The notes: generated from the sequence alone by a model not told the origin. Shown: positions 11,853 to 24,309, counted from the stretch's first letter. The stretch is DNA of 33,532 nucleotides from Octopus bimaculoides (GCF_001194135.2 NC_069004.1:18069071-18102602); one strand, 5' to 3'. A program made the numbers and translations.

Positions 11853-12274
11853 TAGCTGTGTGGCAAGTAGCTTGCTTACGAACCACATTGTTCTGGGTTC
11901 AGTCCCACCGCGTGGCACCTTGGGCAAATGTGTTCTACTATAGCCTCGGGCCGACCAAAGCCTTGCGAGTGGATTTGGTAGACGGAAACTGGAAGAAGCC
12001 CGTCGCATCTCGAAATAGGGTGTAATTAACAGTCGACAACTGAAGAGGGATTAGACTCCTTGTGGTATTCTATCCCGTACTTGTCTCTTATTATGTGTTT
12101 ACGTAATTTTCACTCGTTGGTGATGTCCTCTATATATGTATGTATGTATTTGTGTTAGTGTGTTTGTCTCCTCACCATCGCTTGACAACCGATATTGGTG
12201 TGTTTACGTCTCCGTAACTTAACGATTCGGCAAATGAGACAGATAGAATAAGTAGTAGCGAAAGAATAAAAGAA

Positions 12275-12275
<1 letters not shown>
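11853..12275 (+). mobile_element. SINE family A with a 125-nt foreign insert (12006-12130) and an internally deleted tail
   Basis: Head 11853-12005 aligns to 1688-1840. Body 12135-12260 aligns to 1907-2020. The tail jumps between two AAAGAATA copies. Confidence 0.87.
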
Positions 12276-12310
<35 letters not shown>

Positions 12311-12475
12311 TACGAACTTATATATACATAATTAGCACACACAGACTGTTCGCTACACAGAAAGGTCAGACAAGCTGCCCGTTCTCCCCACCACCACCAC
12401 CACCACACGCACACAGCTGTAAACACAATTAGAATGTGACAGATACATACAGACCAACCTACAGACTCGTGCACG

Positions 12476-12523
<48 letters not shown>

Positions 12524-12563
12524 TTTTAAACTTAAACAAACACGTTCCGTCAGAAGCGTACAT

Positions 12564-12616
12564 GTCTTTTGATCATGTTAGCTTGATCAGAGCTAACCCG
12601 GTGTTAAACAGGCAAC
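12564..12616 (+). mobile_element. Family 'C' 3' tail fragment
   Basis: GTCTTTTGATCATG…CTAACCCGGTGTTAAACAGGCAAC resembles 9700-9745. Confidence 0.45.
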
Positions 12617-12646
12617 TTAACACATATCATCTGTCTACCACGACAA

Positions 12647-12715
<69 letters not shown>

Positions 12716-12792
12716 GAGACAAAACTTCGTTCTGCTTTTCACTTTCGACGTTCAAATCTAGCTTTCCATTTAACCAGGATCTATAAAACATC

Positions 12793-12823
<31 letters not shown>

Positions 12824-13334
12824 TACATATANNNNNNNNNNNNNNNNNNNNNNNNNNNNNNNNNNNNNNNNNNNNNNNNNNNNNNNNNNNNNNNNNNNNN
12901 NNNNNNNNNNNNNNNNNNNNNNNNNNNNNNNNNNNNNNNNNNNNNNNNNNNNNNNNNNNNNNNNNNNNNNNNNNNNNNNNNNNNNNNNNNNNNNNNNNNN
13001 NNNNNNNNNNNNNNNNNNNNNNNNNNNNNNNNNNNNNNNNNNNNNNNNNNNNNNNNNNNNNNNNNNNNNNNNNNNNNNNNNNNNNNNNNNNNNNNNNNNN
13101 NNNNNNNNNNNNNNNNNNNNNNNNNNNNNNNNNNNNNNNNNNNNNNNNNNNNNNNNNNNNNNNNNNNNNNNNNNNNNNNNNNNNNNNNNNNNNNNNNNNN
13201 NNNNNNNNNNNNNNNNNNNNNNNNNNNNNNNNNNNNNNNNNNNNNNNNNNNNNNNNNNNNNNNNNNNNNNNNNNNNNNNNNNNNNNNNNNNNNNNNNTAT
13301 ATATATATATATATGCGTATACCTATATCACATT

Positions 13335-13372
<38 letters not shown>

Positions 13373-13379
<7 letters not shown>

Positions 13380-13401
13380 GCCCAAAAGTAGGTTTACAGT
13401 T
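13373..13401 (+). mobile_element. Solo Tc1/mariner-like terminal inverted repeat remnant
   Basis: CAGAGTGGCCCAAAAGTAGGTTTACAGTT resembles CAGGGTGG…AAAAGT mariner/Tc1 termini (recall). No partner TIR found in the window. Confidence 0.35.
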
Positions 13402-14065
13402 ATTCAAAGTCCTGGACCCGGTTCGAGTGTGCTTCCCGCAGTATGCTATTGTAGGAAATAACAACCAATGACTTTGTGGCAGATGTAACAAAATGAATCA
13501 TAACTTCCATTCAGCTTTAATTACATCACACTCATTCCCTAAGATGGCTTTTCAATTATGATATCGCCATTTTATGTAATTAGAACTATTTCTGTGAAGC
13601 CATTTATATATTCAACAGACTGTGGCTTAACAAAATGAACCGAAACGTCTTGTTCTGTTACAGTCGGTCTGAAATGTAAATAGCCTTGTAGACAGGACAT
13701 TAATTATAACGCTAATCGGCGGTAAAGTAATTTAAAGTCAACTTCCGGAATCAGCAAAATGTAATTAATAGTGAACAGGACGGTTCGGTTCATGTTGCTA
13801 CTTCCCTTATATTTTGAATAATAATCTTTAGTTCGATCGTCAGTCCGTGTTAATTTCTTGATCAAGACACTTTAATAAGCAACTGTAAGAAACACACGTG
13901 TGCTGGGCACGATACTTTTATGCGTACCTTTGTATAGATTATAATATGTGAAAGAAAGAAGTTGCGAGCACACGCATACGGTGCTGCCTTAACATCAACG
14001 ATGACCATACGAAACCAATTAAGATTAAAAGCTTTTGTAGTTCGTATATCTAACAATACTCCATG

Positions 14066-14106
<41 letters not shown>

Positions 14107-14216
14107 TGTTTGTATGTATGTATATATGCACCCCTGGTCGAGTGGACAGGCTATAGGGTCTACGCAGTTACAATTAGAGGTAAACTCGTGGTGGCGTTTG
14201 CAGGCAATGGCTATAT

Positions 14217-14264
<48 letters not shown>

Positions 14265-14266
<2 letters not shown>

Positions 14267-15116
14267 AAATCCTGCATTATCAGCTGAAGAATAGGCAGTA
14301 AAGCTTAGTTCAAACCATACAACTGTTCATCGTCATCTTCAACAACTTGGAAAGATTCCTAAACTTGGAGAATGGGTGCCTCATGAATTGTCCGAGAGTA
14401 ACCGCAAATCCCGAGTTGACATCTGCTCTTCTCTCCATTCTCACGAACTCATTTCACCCTTTTTGGAAAGACTTGTGACTGGTGACGAAAAATGGATCTT
14501 CTATCGAAATGTTAAACATCGTAAAGGGGAAAAAGCTCAACCACAACCGAGAAGGGAACTTCATGGGAAAAAAGTTTCTTCTCTCTATCTGGTGAGATTG
14601 CAAAGAAGTAATTCACTTTGAATTGTTACCACCTAATGCAACAATCAATGCTCATGTATACTGTTAACGATTAGAGCGTTTTACCCAAGCTTTGAAGAAA
14701 ATAAGACCCGCTTTAGTGACTTGAAAAGTGATGCTTCATCAGGACAATGCGCGACCCCATACTGCAAAGATCACATCACAGAAGATCGAAGAGCTTGGTT
14801 GGGAAAAAATTCCTCATCCACCTTATTCTCCTGACCTTGCTCCTTCAGACTACCATTTGTTTCGTAGTTTACAGAATCATTTGGGGGGGGACATAACTTT
14901 CGCAAGCCAGGAGGAGGCCGAAACTGACATTTCAGAGTTCTTCGCTTTGAAACCAAAAGAGTTTTACATTGATGGGATTAAAAAGCTTGTAAATAGATGG
15001 AAGGAAGTCATAGATAGTTAGGGAAAGTACATTGATGATTAAATTTCAATTAAATATGACATTCGATCACTTGTTTTCTTTATTCAAAATTCAGACAGAA
15101 CTTATGGGATGACCTG
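14265..15116 (+). mobile_element. 5'-truncated mariner transposon, transposase pseudogene (D,D34D; mellifera/mauritiana-like)
   Basis: Motifs WVPHEL, VTGDEKW, HQDNARPH and HPPYSPDLAPSDYHLFRSLQN, with 34 residues between the last two catalytic Asp. Multiple stops and frameshifts, terminal stop 15040-15042. Right TIR-like CAGACAGAACTTATGGGATGACCTG ends at 15116. Confidence 0.95.
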
Positions 15117-15426
15117 TCGACAGATAGATAGATAGACAGATAGATAGATAGATAGATATGAAAAATATGTATGAACGGAACATCATAAATGAGTGTATGG
15201 GTGCGCGCGCGTAGGGAGTGAGTACGAGCGTTTGACTCCATATTGTCTCTCTCTCTGTGTTCGTGTGTTCGTGTCTGTCTTACATTTGGTGTAATGATCT
15301 AGGAGGAAGACAGCACTATGCGTGCATGCGTGTGCGTGCGTGTGTGAGCGTGTGTGTGTGTTTGTGTGTTTGTGCGTTTTGTTCACGTTTATGTCAACGC
15401 TAGTCCATTAGTTGGACGAACACACG

Positions 15427-15578
15427 TTCAGAGGATTTCCAACCATGGCCAACACATCCTAATTTAATTTACTCTATCGAAGATTATACTATACAACGTG
15501 AAATTTTTCAGATTGACGGTAATTTTGAGGAAGATTTGACAGCTATATCTAGCACATCGAGCAAGTAAATAGAGGCTT
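15427..15578 (-). mobile_element. Family 'C' repeat, degraded
   Basis: TTCCAACCATGGCCA…TTGAGGAAGATTTGACAGCTATATCTAGCAC…TAGAGGC is collinear with other family C copies. Confidence 0.6.
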
Positions 15579-15580
15579 TC

Positions 15581-15631
<51 letters not shown>

Positions 15632-16116
15632 NNNNNNNNNNNNNNNNNNNNNNNNNNNNNNNNNNNNNNNNNNNNNNNNNNNNNNNNNNNNNNNNNNATG
15701 TGCGTGCGTTTGTGTGTGTGAATGTGTGTGTAGGTGAAAAAGCTTGTACTTCTATGTGCATGTGTGTGTGTGTGTGTGTGTGAATGTGTGTGAACGTGTA
15801 TGTTTTTGTGTGTATCTCTGTGTATATATGCGTGTGTGTGTGACTGTATGAATGTGTAGTATGTATATGTCCGTGCGTTTCTTTCCGTTTGTGTGTGTGT
15901 GTGTGTTTGTATGTGTGTTGTTATATAATTAGTTGGCGATCAACTGAAATAAACTGACTGCAATCAAGTTTACTAATTACCTCCATCAGCTGATAACGAA
16001 GACTGATGATATTTATAACACACACACACACACACACGCACACACACACACACACACACACAGAGGAAGAAGCTGACTGCGCTAAACTCTGATGCCTTCT
16101 GTCGTAACTGCAAATC

Positions 16117-16157
<41 letters not shown>

Positions 16158-16217
16158 GTGTTATATCTGTCCCTCTGTCTTTCTAGCGCAATTTGCGTCT
16201 CTCTCTCTCTCTCTCAC

Positions 16218-16410
16218 CAGCATTACGATGCTCCTCGTCGTCAGCGACGTCATTTTCGTTACCATCATCATCTCCGCCATAATCATCATCATCGTCATCG
16301 TCGTCGTCGTCGGTCGTCATCAGCATTGCCATCGTCATCATCGTCATCATCATCGTTTTCGTCGTCGGTTGTCGTTCGTCGTTGTCATCATCATCGTCAT
16401 CACCGTCAGC

Positions 16411-16442
<32 letters not shown>

Positions 16443-16654
16443 CATTGTCATCATCGTCATCATCGTCATCATCATCATCATCATCGTCATCATCGTCATA
16501 ATCATCATCATCATCATCATCGTCGTCATCACCGTCAGCATCATCATCATCATCATCACCGTCATCATCACCGTGAACGTCATCATCATAATCGTCGTTA
16601 TCGTCGTCATTGTCGTTGTTGTTGTCGTCGTCATCATCATCATCACCACCAACA

Positions 16655-16693
<39 letters not shown>

Positions 16694-16730
16694 TCATCAT
16701 CATCATCATTACCGCATCACCATCATCAGT
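16218..16730. repeat. Long compound (CAT/CGT)n array
   Basis: Seen directly; source of the poly-His/Ile/Met ORFs. Confidence 0.95.
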
Positions 16731-16903
16731 TCTAGAGTCTAAAAAAATATCAGTGTCCTGACATATCCTCCAGCTGGTCATTGACACACGTTCTGTGTCC
16801 TATCTATCAGTATTTGCAAAGAGAAGTCATCTTTCCCATCTCCAGCCTGACGTGATACACAAGGACCCGAGTTTCTGGGTATTGACCCGTCATCGGCAAT
16901 TCA

Positions 16904-17186
16904 GTGAAAGACCCATCACAGACGCGGACGTTCGGGATGCGATGGCAGGCTGCAAGGGAGACAAGCTACCAGGCTTGGATGGTCTGCCCCACGATCTTTA
17001 TTGTCATATGCCAGACTTGTTTGGAGGCGTCTTGGCAGTTGTCTAACGTAACTGGCAGCAAAACGGAAGTATCCCCGTCTTTGTAAAGCGAGGAGCGGTG
17101 GCACTACTAAAGAAAGATCCAATCAGGGGGAAAGTCGTAGATAAATTCAGGCCCATCACTCTGCTAAACGCAAATCTGAAAATTTT
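16904..17186 (+). mobile_element. L1/Tx1-clade LINE ORF2 fragment (start of the reverse transcriptase domain), cut by a gap
   Basis: One frame with a single stop (17044-17046): ERPITDADVRDAMAGCKGDKLPGLDGLPHDLY…W…G.IP…GAVALLKK…FRPITLLNANLKI. This matches the KxPGxDG…Y / RPITLLNxDxKI motifs of L1/Tx1 RT. Confidence 0.9.
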
Positions 17187-17894
17187 NNNNNNNNNNNNNN
17201 NNNNNNNNNNNNNNNNNNNNNNNNNNNNNNNNNNNNNNNNNNNNNNNNNNNNNNNNNNNNNNNNNNNNNNNNNNNNNNNNNNNNNNNNNNNNNNNNNNNN
17301 NNNNNNNNNNNNNNNNNNNNNNNNNNNNNNNNNNNNNNNNNNNNNNNNNNNNNNNNNNNNNNNNNNNNNNNNNNNNNNNNNNNNNNNNNNNNNNNNNNNN
17401 NNNNNNNNNNNNNNNNNNNNNNNNNNNNNNNNNNNNNNNNNNNNNNNNNNNNNNNNNNNNNNNNNNNNNNNNNNNNNNNNNNNNNNNNNNNNNNNNNNNN
17501 NNNNNNNNNNNNNNNNNNNNNNNNNNNNNNNNNNNNNNNNNNNNNNNNNNNNNNNNNNNNNNNNNNNNNNNNNNNNNNNNNNNNNNNNNNNNNNNNNNNN
17601 NNNNNNNNNNNNNNNNNNNNNNNNNNNNNNNNNNNNNNNNNNNNNNNNNNNNNNNNNNNNNNNNNNNNNNNNNNNNNNNNNNNNNNNNNNNNNNNNNNNN
17701 NNNNNNNNNNNNNNNNNNNNNNNNNNNNNNNNNNNNNNNNNNNNNNNNNNNNNNNNNNNNNNNNNNNNNNNNNNNNNNNNNNNNNNNNNNNNNNNNNNNN
17801 NNNNNNNNNNNNNNNNNNNNNNNNNNNNNNNATATATATGTGTGTGTGTGTGTGTATATATTATATATATATATACACACATATACACATATAC

Positions 17895-17938
<44 letters not shown>

Positions 17939-18169
17939 GTGTGCGTGCGTGTGTGTCACGATTTAATTATTTCGTCTACAAAAGGCTTCGTAGAGTATTT
18001 AACATTTATTTTCACGGAAATCAGCAAAAGTATCAAAAAACAGGTAAAGAAAAAAGAAAAAAAATACAGCAAAAAAGAAACAGTTAAAAATAGAAACCAT
18101 GTTTTTTTTTTAATAATTTATGGTGCGACGGAGCAATTAGCGGTGGCCCCCACCACTGAAAATATCGTC

Positions 18170-18174
18170 GTCAC

Positions 18175-18207
<33 letters not shown>

Positions 18208-18655
18208 TATTATTAACATCATGGCGGTCGTCGTCGTTGTTCCCATCATCACTATCATCAACTTTATCAACTTTGTCATCATATCGTCATTGCCAGCATC
18301 ATCAGCACCATCGCCATCAGTAAGCAGCAGCAGCAGCAGCAAAAAATCATCATCATCGTCATCATCATCATCGTCATCCTCATCTTCGTCGTTTCCGTCG
18401 TAATCGCCGTCATCATTGTCATCTGATTCTTCCATAATTCGTGATGTCCATGATGATGACGATGATGATGGTGATGATGATGACGATGACGATGATGATT
18501 ATGATGATGATGATGATGATGATGATGACGTTGACGATGATGATTATGATGATGATGATGATGATGACGATGATGACGATGACGATGATGATTATGATGA
18601 TGACGATGATGATGATGATGATGATGATGATGACGATGACGATGATGATGATGAC

Positions 18656-18690
<35 letters not shown>

Positions 18691-18790
18691 CGATGATGAT
18701 GATGATGATGATGATGATGACGATGACGATGATGATGATGACGATGATGATGATGATGATGATGATGACGATGACGATGATGATGATGAC

Positions 18791-18825
<35 letters not shown>

Positions 18826-18877
18826 CGATGATGATGATGATGATGATGATGATGACGATGACGATGATGATGATGAC

Positions 18878-18909
<32 letters not shown>

Positions 18910-18994
18910 CGATGATGATGATGACGATGATGATGATGACGATGATGATTATGATGATGACTGAGGATGATGGTCATGATGATGATAGTGGTGG

Positions 18995-19027
<33 letters not shown>

Positions 19028-19310
19028 CGATGACAATGAAGGTGATGAAAATGGTGATGAGGATGATGATGATGACGATGACGATGATGACGAAGGCGAT
19101 GATAATGATGGTGATGATGACGATGATGATGATGACGACGACGATGATGACGATGACAATGAAGGTGATGAAAATGGTGATGAGGATGATGATGATGATG
19201 ATGACGATTAGTGGTGGTGGTACTGGTGGTGGCGGTGTTGTTGCTGTTGTTGTCGCTACTGTTGCTGCTGCAACTGGTGATGCTGATGGTGGTGATGTTG
19301 ATGAAGACAA
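18170..19310. repeat. Compound trinucleotide field with a ~770-bp (GAT/GAC)n core (18440-19210)
   Basis: Seen directly; includes a 123-bp higher-order duplication (19032 versus 19155). Confidence 0.95.
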
Positions 19311-19464
19311 TAAATTAAATCGGCATTTATAAGTGTGTGTGTGTGTGTGTGTGTGTTTCTATGCAAGCCTTTAGTATGTCTATAATTGTGATTCCGGGTA
19401 TACATACATACATACACAAATATATGTATGTATATGTGTGTATGCGTGCGTGTATGCGTATGTA

Positions 19465-19509
<45 letters not shown>

Positions 19510-19580
19510 TCACGTATGTCGCTATGTACTCGCATTTATATCGGTCTACACGTATGTTTGTTTACGTGTTTACACATCCA

Positions 19581-19613
<33 letters not shown>

Positions 19614-19769
19614 ATGCATACACACACACACGCACACACACGCACACATGGATCTATAAGTAGAGTCAGTGACGCTGATCCCTTTTCCAACGTAAATGTC
19701 AAAGGTTTAATTTGGCAAATATCACATCACCTTTTGATGATGATAATGATGACGATGATTATGATGATA

Positions 19770-19807
<38 letters not shown>

Positions 19808-19909
19808 TCTTTTTCTCTTTTTTCTTTTTCTTTTGTTTGTTATTTAATTATTTTATCATTTCATCCCATGTAAACCCCTACACTTTATGTCTGTCTTCTG
19901 GCAAATAAA

Positions 19910-20300
<391 letters not shown>

Positions 20301-21548
20301 TTGTTGTTGTTACTTTCGTTCATGTTGTTATTAGTAATATTGTTTTTCTTACAATTACAGCTATAATTGTTGTTGTTGTTGTTGTTGTTGTCATTGTAGC
20401 CATCGTTGTTATACACTATCTTTGGCGTTTCCGATAGGTGTCGTTGTTTTTTTTTTTGTTTTTCTCGTGAATCATGTTGTTGTTTGTTGTTGTTATTCTT
20501 GATGTTGCTATTGTGACTGTCGTCTATTCTTAAGACTTGTTGTAAGTCATGTTGTTGCTGTTATTATTGCTATTTTGCATGGTTGACCAGCGAAGGGCAT
20601 AGACACAGTTCCTGCCACCACACCAAAGCAATATACGTAGGTATGTGCGCGTTTCTGTGTATGTATGCATGTGTGGGTGAATATATATATATNNNNNNNN
20701 NNTATTCATATAAGTGTACGTAATGAATGCGTGCGTGTTTGGGAAAACATGTTTGCGAGCGTGCGTTTTAATCTGGTTTGTGCTTGTGTGTACATGTATA
20801 TTCATGCTTTTGATATTTATGTGTGCGTGAGAATGACTGGTGTATGGTAGTGTCGTTGCAAAAGCGTTGCTGAGGTGGGGGATGGATCAGGCGTTGGACT
20901 GACAGTGTCAGTGGTTGAAAGAAAGAAAGGAAAAACATAGTACAGAGATGTTTGTGTGTGAGTGTGTCTGCATGTGCGCACATCCACGTATATGGAAACG
21001 AACGTAGGCGGTTACAGAGAATATGCAGTTTTTCACAGAGTCAGAGCTGGCAATTGCAGGTACTAGGGTGAGCATGGTTAGAACCTAGCAATGATGGTTC
21101 ATTCGATGTTGGGCGAGTCATTTCAGAGATCGCAAAGTCCCCAGACAGAGTGGGGCAAAGAGGTGAAATTCTCTCTATCCCCGCATCTAAGTGAATGTTT
21201 ATGCTGCGTGTATCCTCAATGGAAGTCATTGGCCATCATGCCCGAGCAGTGTCTTGTGATGCCATCGGATAGTATGAAGGTGGTTCTTTAAAATACAGCT
21301 CTCGAGAGGCAAGAAGAATACATACATACATACACAAACACAAATATATGTATATATATATATTTGAAGGTTTGGAAGTGATGTACAGAAATTATATATA
21401 AAAAATTAAGGTACTCAGAAACCTGGATGTTTGTACATTTACAGATTTTTATTAATGTCACGTATTAAATGAAGCGCTTTTCACCTAGTCGTGTAGGTTT
21501 TTCAAAACAATTTGAATATGTATATGTGTGTGTGTGTGTGTATACGTA

Positions 21549-21594
21549 TTTGGCTGAAGATTAGCATCACGCTTTGAAACTCAAGAGTATTAAC
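21549..21594 (+). ncRNA. Degenerate minimal type I hammerhead ribozyme motif (Penelope-like/retrozyme type)
   Basis: Order: CTGAAGA (21554-21560), hairpin AGC-atcac-GCT, GAAAC (21576-21580), helix III ACTC-aa-GAGT, GTA cleavage triplet (21587-21589). Helix I TTGG/TTAA has two G-U pairs. The 10.1-11.1 pair is U-U rather than G-C. Confidence 0.5.
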
Positions 21595-21718
21595 GAATTG
21601 GAATCAAATTGTTTTGATCCATACATGTAACTCTCACTATATGTGTTGAGTGCCCTTCATTCGTTTGTCCACTGACTCGTATATATATATATACACATAC
21701 CAAGAGACGGGGGACAGA

Positions 21719-21775
<57 letters not shown>

Positions 21776-21860
21776 CAGACAAACAGAGTGTTTGAGAATC
21801 AGACAGACTAACTGACAAAGAAGCAGACTGATAGATAAAGATTGGTGTGTGTGTGTGTGT

Positions 21861-21912
<52 letters not shown>

Positions 21913-22930
21913 NNNNNNNNNNNNNNNNNNNNNNNNNNNNNNNNNNNNNNNNNNNNNNNNNNNNNNNNNNNNNNNNNNNNNNNNNNNNNNNNNNNNNNNN
22001 NNNNNNNNNNNNNNNNNNNNNNNNNNNNNNNNNNNNNNNNNNNNNNNNNNNNNNNNNNNNNNNNNNNNNNNNNNNNNNNNNNNNNNNNNNNNNNNNNNNN
22101 NNNNNNNNNNNNNNNNNNNNNNNNNNNNNNNNNNNNNNNNNNNNNNNNNNNNNNNNNNNNNNNNNNNNNNNNNNNNNNNNNNNNNNNAACGTCTGATCTG
22201 CTCTCTAATCCCTGCTGATTCTCTATCACCCAAGCTATCATCGGAGAACTACTCGCCAGAGTGCTTATCATTCCAGATAGAATTGTTGTTTAACGAACAT
22301 TTCGAGATCCAGTGGAATGGTATAGATTTCTTGATCTGTGATGAGTGTCACTGTTTTCGATTAAACTACATCAAAGCTGTCACACCGATTCTATCTTTGC
22401 GATTTCACCAAGCGAAAACACTTCCGCAACAGTAATTCTTCCGTGAACTCACCTACAGACTTCCTCTCGAGTTTGTTAAGTCAATCCCTTTCATTTCCAT
22501 ATCTATTTTTCATCCTTTCATCCATCCATGTATTATTTTATGATTTAATAGCTTTCGCCATTTACCATTCACCAAATAACCAATCAATAACCCTCCGTTG
22601 TATTGTGCATGGGCGGCACTTAGTTTCCATTTACCAATGTCCTATCAAAAATGTCTTTGTTCAGATACGGTTTTTAGCACACGGTTGTATTCGTTAAGGT
22701 GGGCATGGCGAGTGAGTGCACATAATTGTATAGAGGTTTATGTGTATGTATGCACGTATGTATATATGTGTGTGTACATGCGTGCGCACGTGTGTATGAC
22801 ATTATATATATATATATATATATACGAATGAGTAGACAAATGAAAGAAGGGCACTCAACATATTTATTGTGAGTTACATATATGGATCAAAACGGTTTGA
22901 TCCATATATATGTATATGTATATATATATG

Positions 22931-23882
22931 TTAGGTTCTTTCACATGAAATGTCACACTTTTAATTACATGTTATTTCAGTCATTTAAAAACTCAATTAT
23001 GTATACCTTACATTTAATCTTGACTCTTTTTCTTTCCCAACAATATTGATATACAAAATTCGTACCCACAGACCTTATGAAAATGATAACAACCAAACTA
23101 TGTTAAGTGATTTTGGAAAAAGCCAAGATAATAGATAGGTTTGTTCCACATCAACTGAACCAGATTCAGAAATACAGACGCCTCGAAGTGTGCTCCTAAT
23201 TGCTTTCTCGACTGGAAAAAGACCATTTTTGCATCGAATCATTACTTGTGATGAGAAATGGATACTCTTTGATAACAGCAGGAGAACAGGACAGTGATTA
23301 GATGCAGGAGAGTCACCTAAACACTACCCAAACCCACCATTGCACCCTAAACAGTTAGTGGTCACTGTATGGTAGTCTGCGAAGGGAGTTATTCATTATT
23401 CATTCTAGCAACAAGATAAAACGGTAATAGCAACATCGAATTGCCAGGAAATTGATTGTATGCATGAGAATTTGAAAAAAAAGCAACCGAAACTAGTGAA
23501 TAGAGATGACCCAATTTTGCCCCACGACAATGCACATCCTCACACTTATCAAGCTACGGTTCAAAAGTTGCAAAGACTGAATTGTGAGATTTTGCAACAT
23601 CCTCGCTATTCTCCTGATATTTCTCCTACTGATCACCATTTATTTAAGCATTTTGAACTGTTCATAAGCAATAAAACATTCTTAAATAGAGAAGAGGTAA
23701 TTGAAATATTCGGACAGTTTATCACTGCAAAAAATGAATTTTTTTTTTAAAGATGGAATATATGGCATAGAGAAACGTTGGGTAAACGTAATAAATGAAC
23801 ATTAAATAAATGAGTTTTCTAACACTTCTGAAACATTTTATTGTTACCTTTCAAATACGGCATTTCATGTGAAACAACCTAA
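22931..23882 (+). mobile_element. Internally deleted mariner (cecropia/Hsmar1-like) retaining both TIRs; transposase pseudogene
   Basis: Left TTAGGTTCTTTCACATGAAATG versus right CATTTCATGTGAAACAACCTAA|TA (21/22 inverted match). Motifs FVPHQL, ITCDEKW, HDNAHPH and HPRYSPDISPTDHHLFKH with D34D spacing; several stops. At 952 bp it lacks most of the N-terminal HTH region. Confidence 0.95.
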
Positions 23883-23923
23883 TACACACACACACACACA
23901 CACACACACGCATGCACGCACGC

Positions 23924-23959
<36 letters not shown>

Positions 23960-23962
23960 CCT

Positions 23963-24251
23963 ATATTCTTTTAGTCTTGTATTTGTTTCAGTCATTTGAC
24001 TGCAGCCATACTGGAGCACCACATTTAGTCGAACAGATCGACCCCAGGACTTATTCCTTGTAAGCCTAGTAATTATTGTCTGTCTCTTTTTGCTGAGCCA
24101 CTAGGTTACGTGGACCTAAACACACCAGCATCGGCTGTCAAGTGATGGTAGGGGTCAAACACAGACATACAAACACACACACACATACCACGGGCTTCTT
24201 TCAGTTTCCGTCTACCAAATCCACTCACAAGGCCCGAGGCTATAGTAGAAG

Positions 24252-24255
<4 letters not shown>
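23963..24255 (-). mobile_element. SINE family A, lacking the A/B-box head
   Basis: Reverse complement of 1765-2110 with a short (GT) linker and a 10-bp deletion at a GGC microhomology. Homology ends at GAAGACAC, where it runs into (CA)n. Confidence 0.88.

Positions 24256-24309
<54 letters not shown>

Noticed and set aside
12006-12052. Circularly permuted (type II) hammerhead: ATCTC-GAAA…CTGAAGA-GGGAT
   Set aside because: Helix II can pair, but no NUH placement gives both helix I and helix III.
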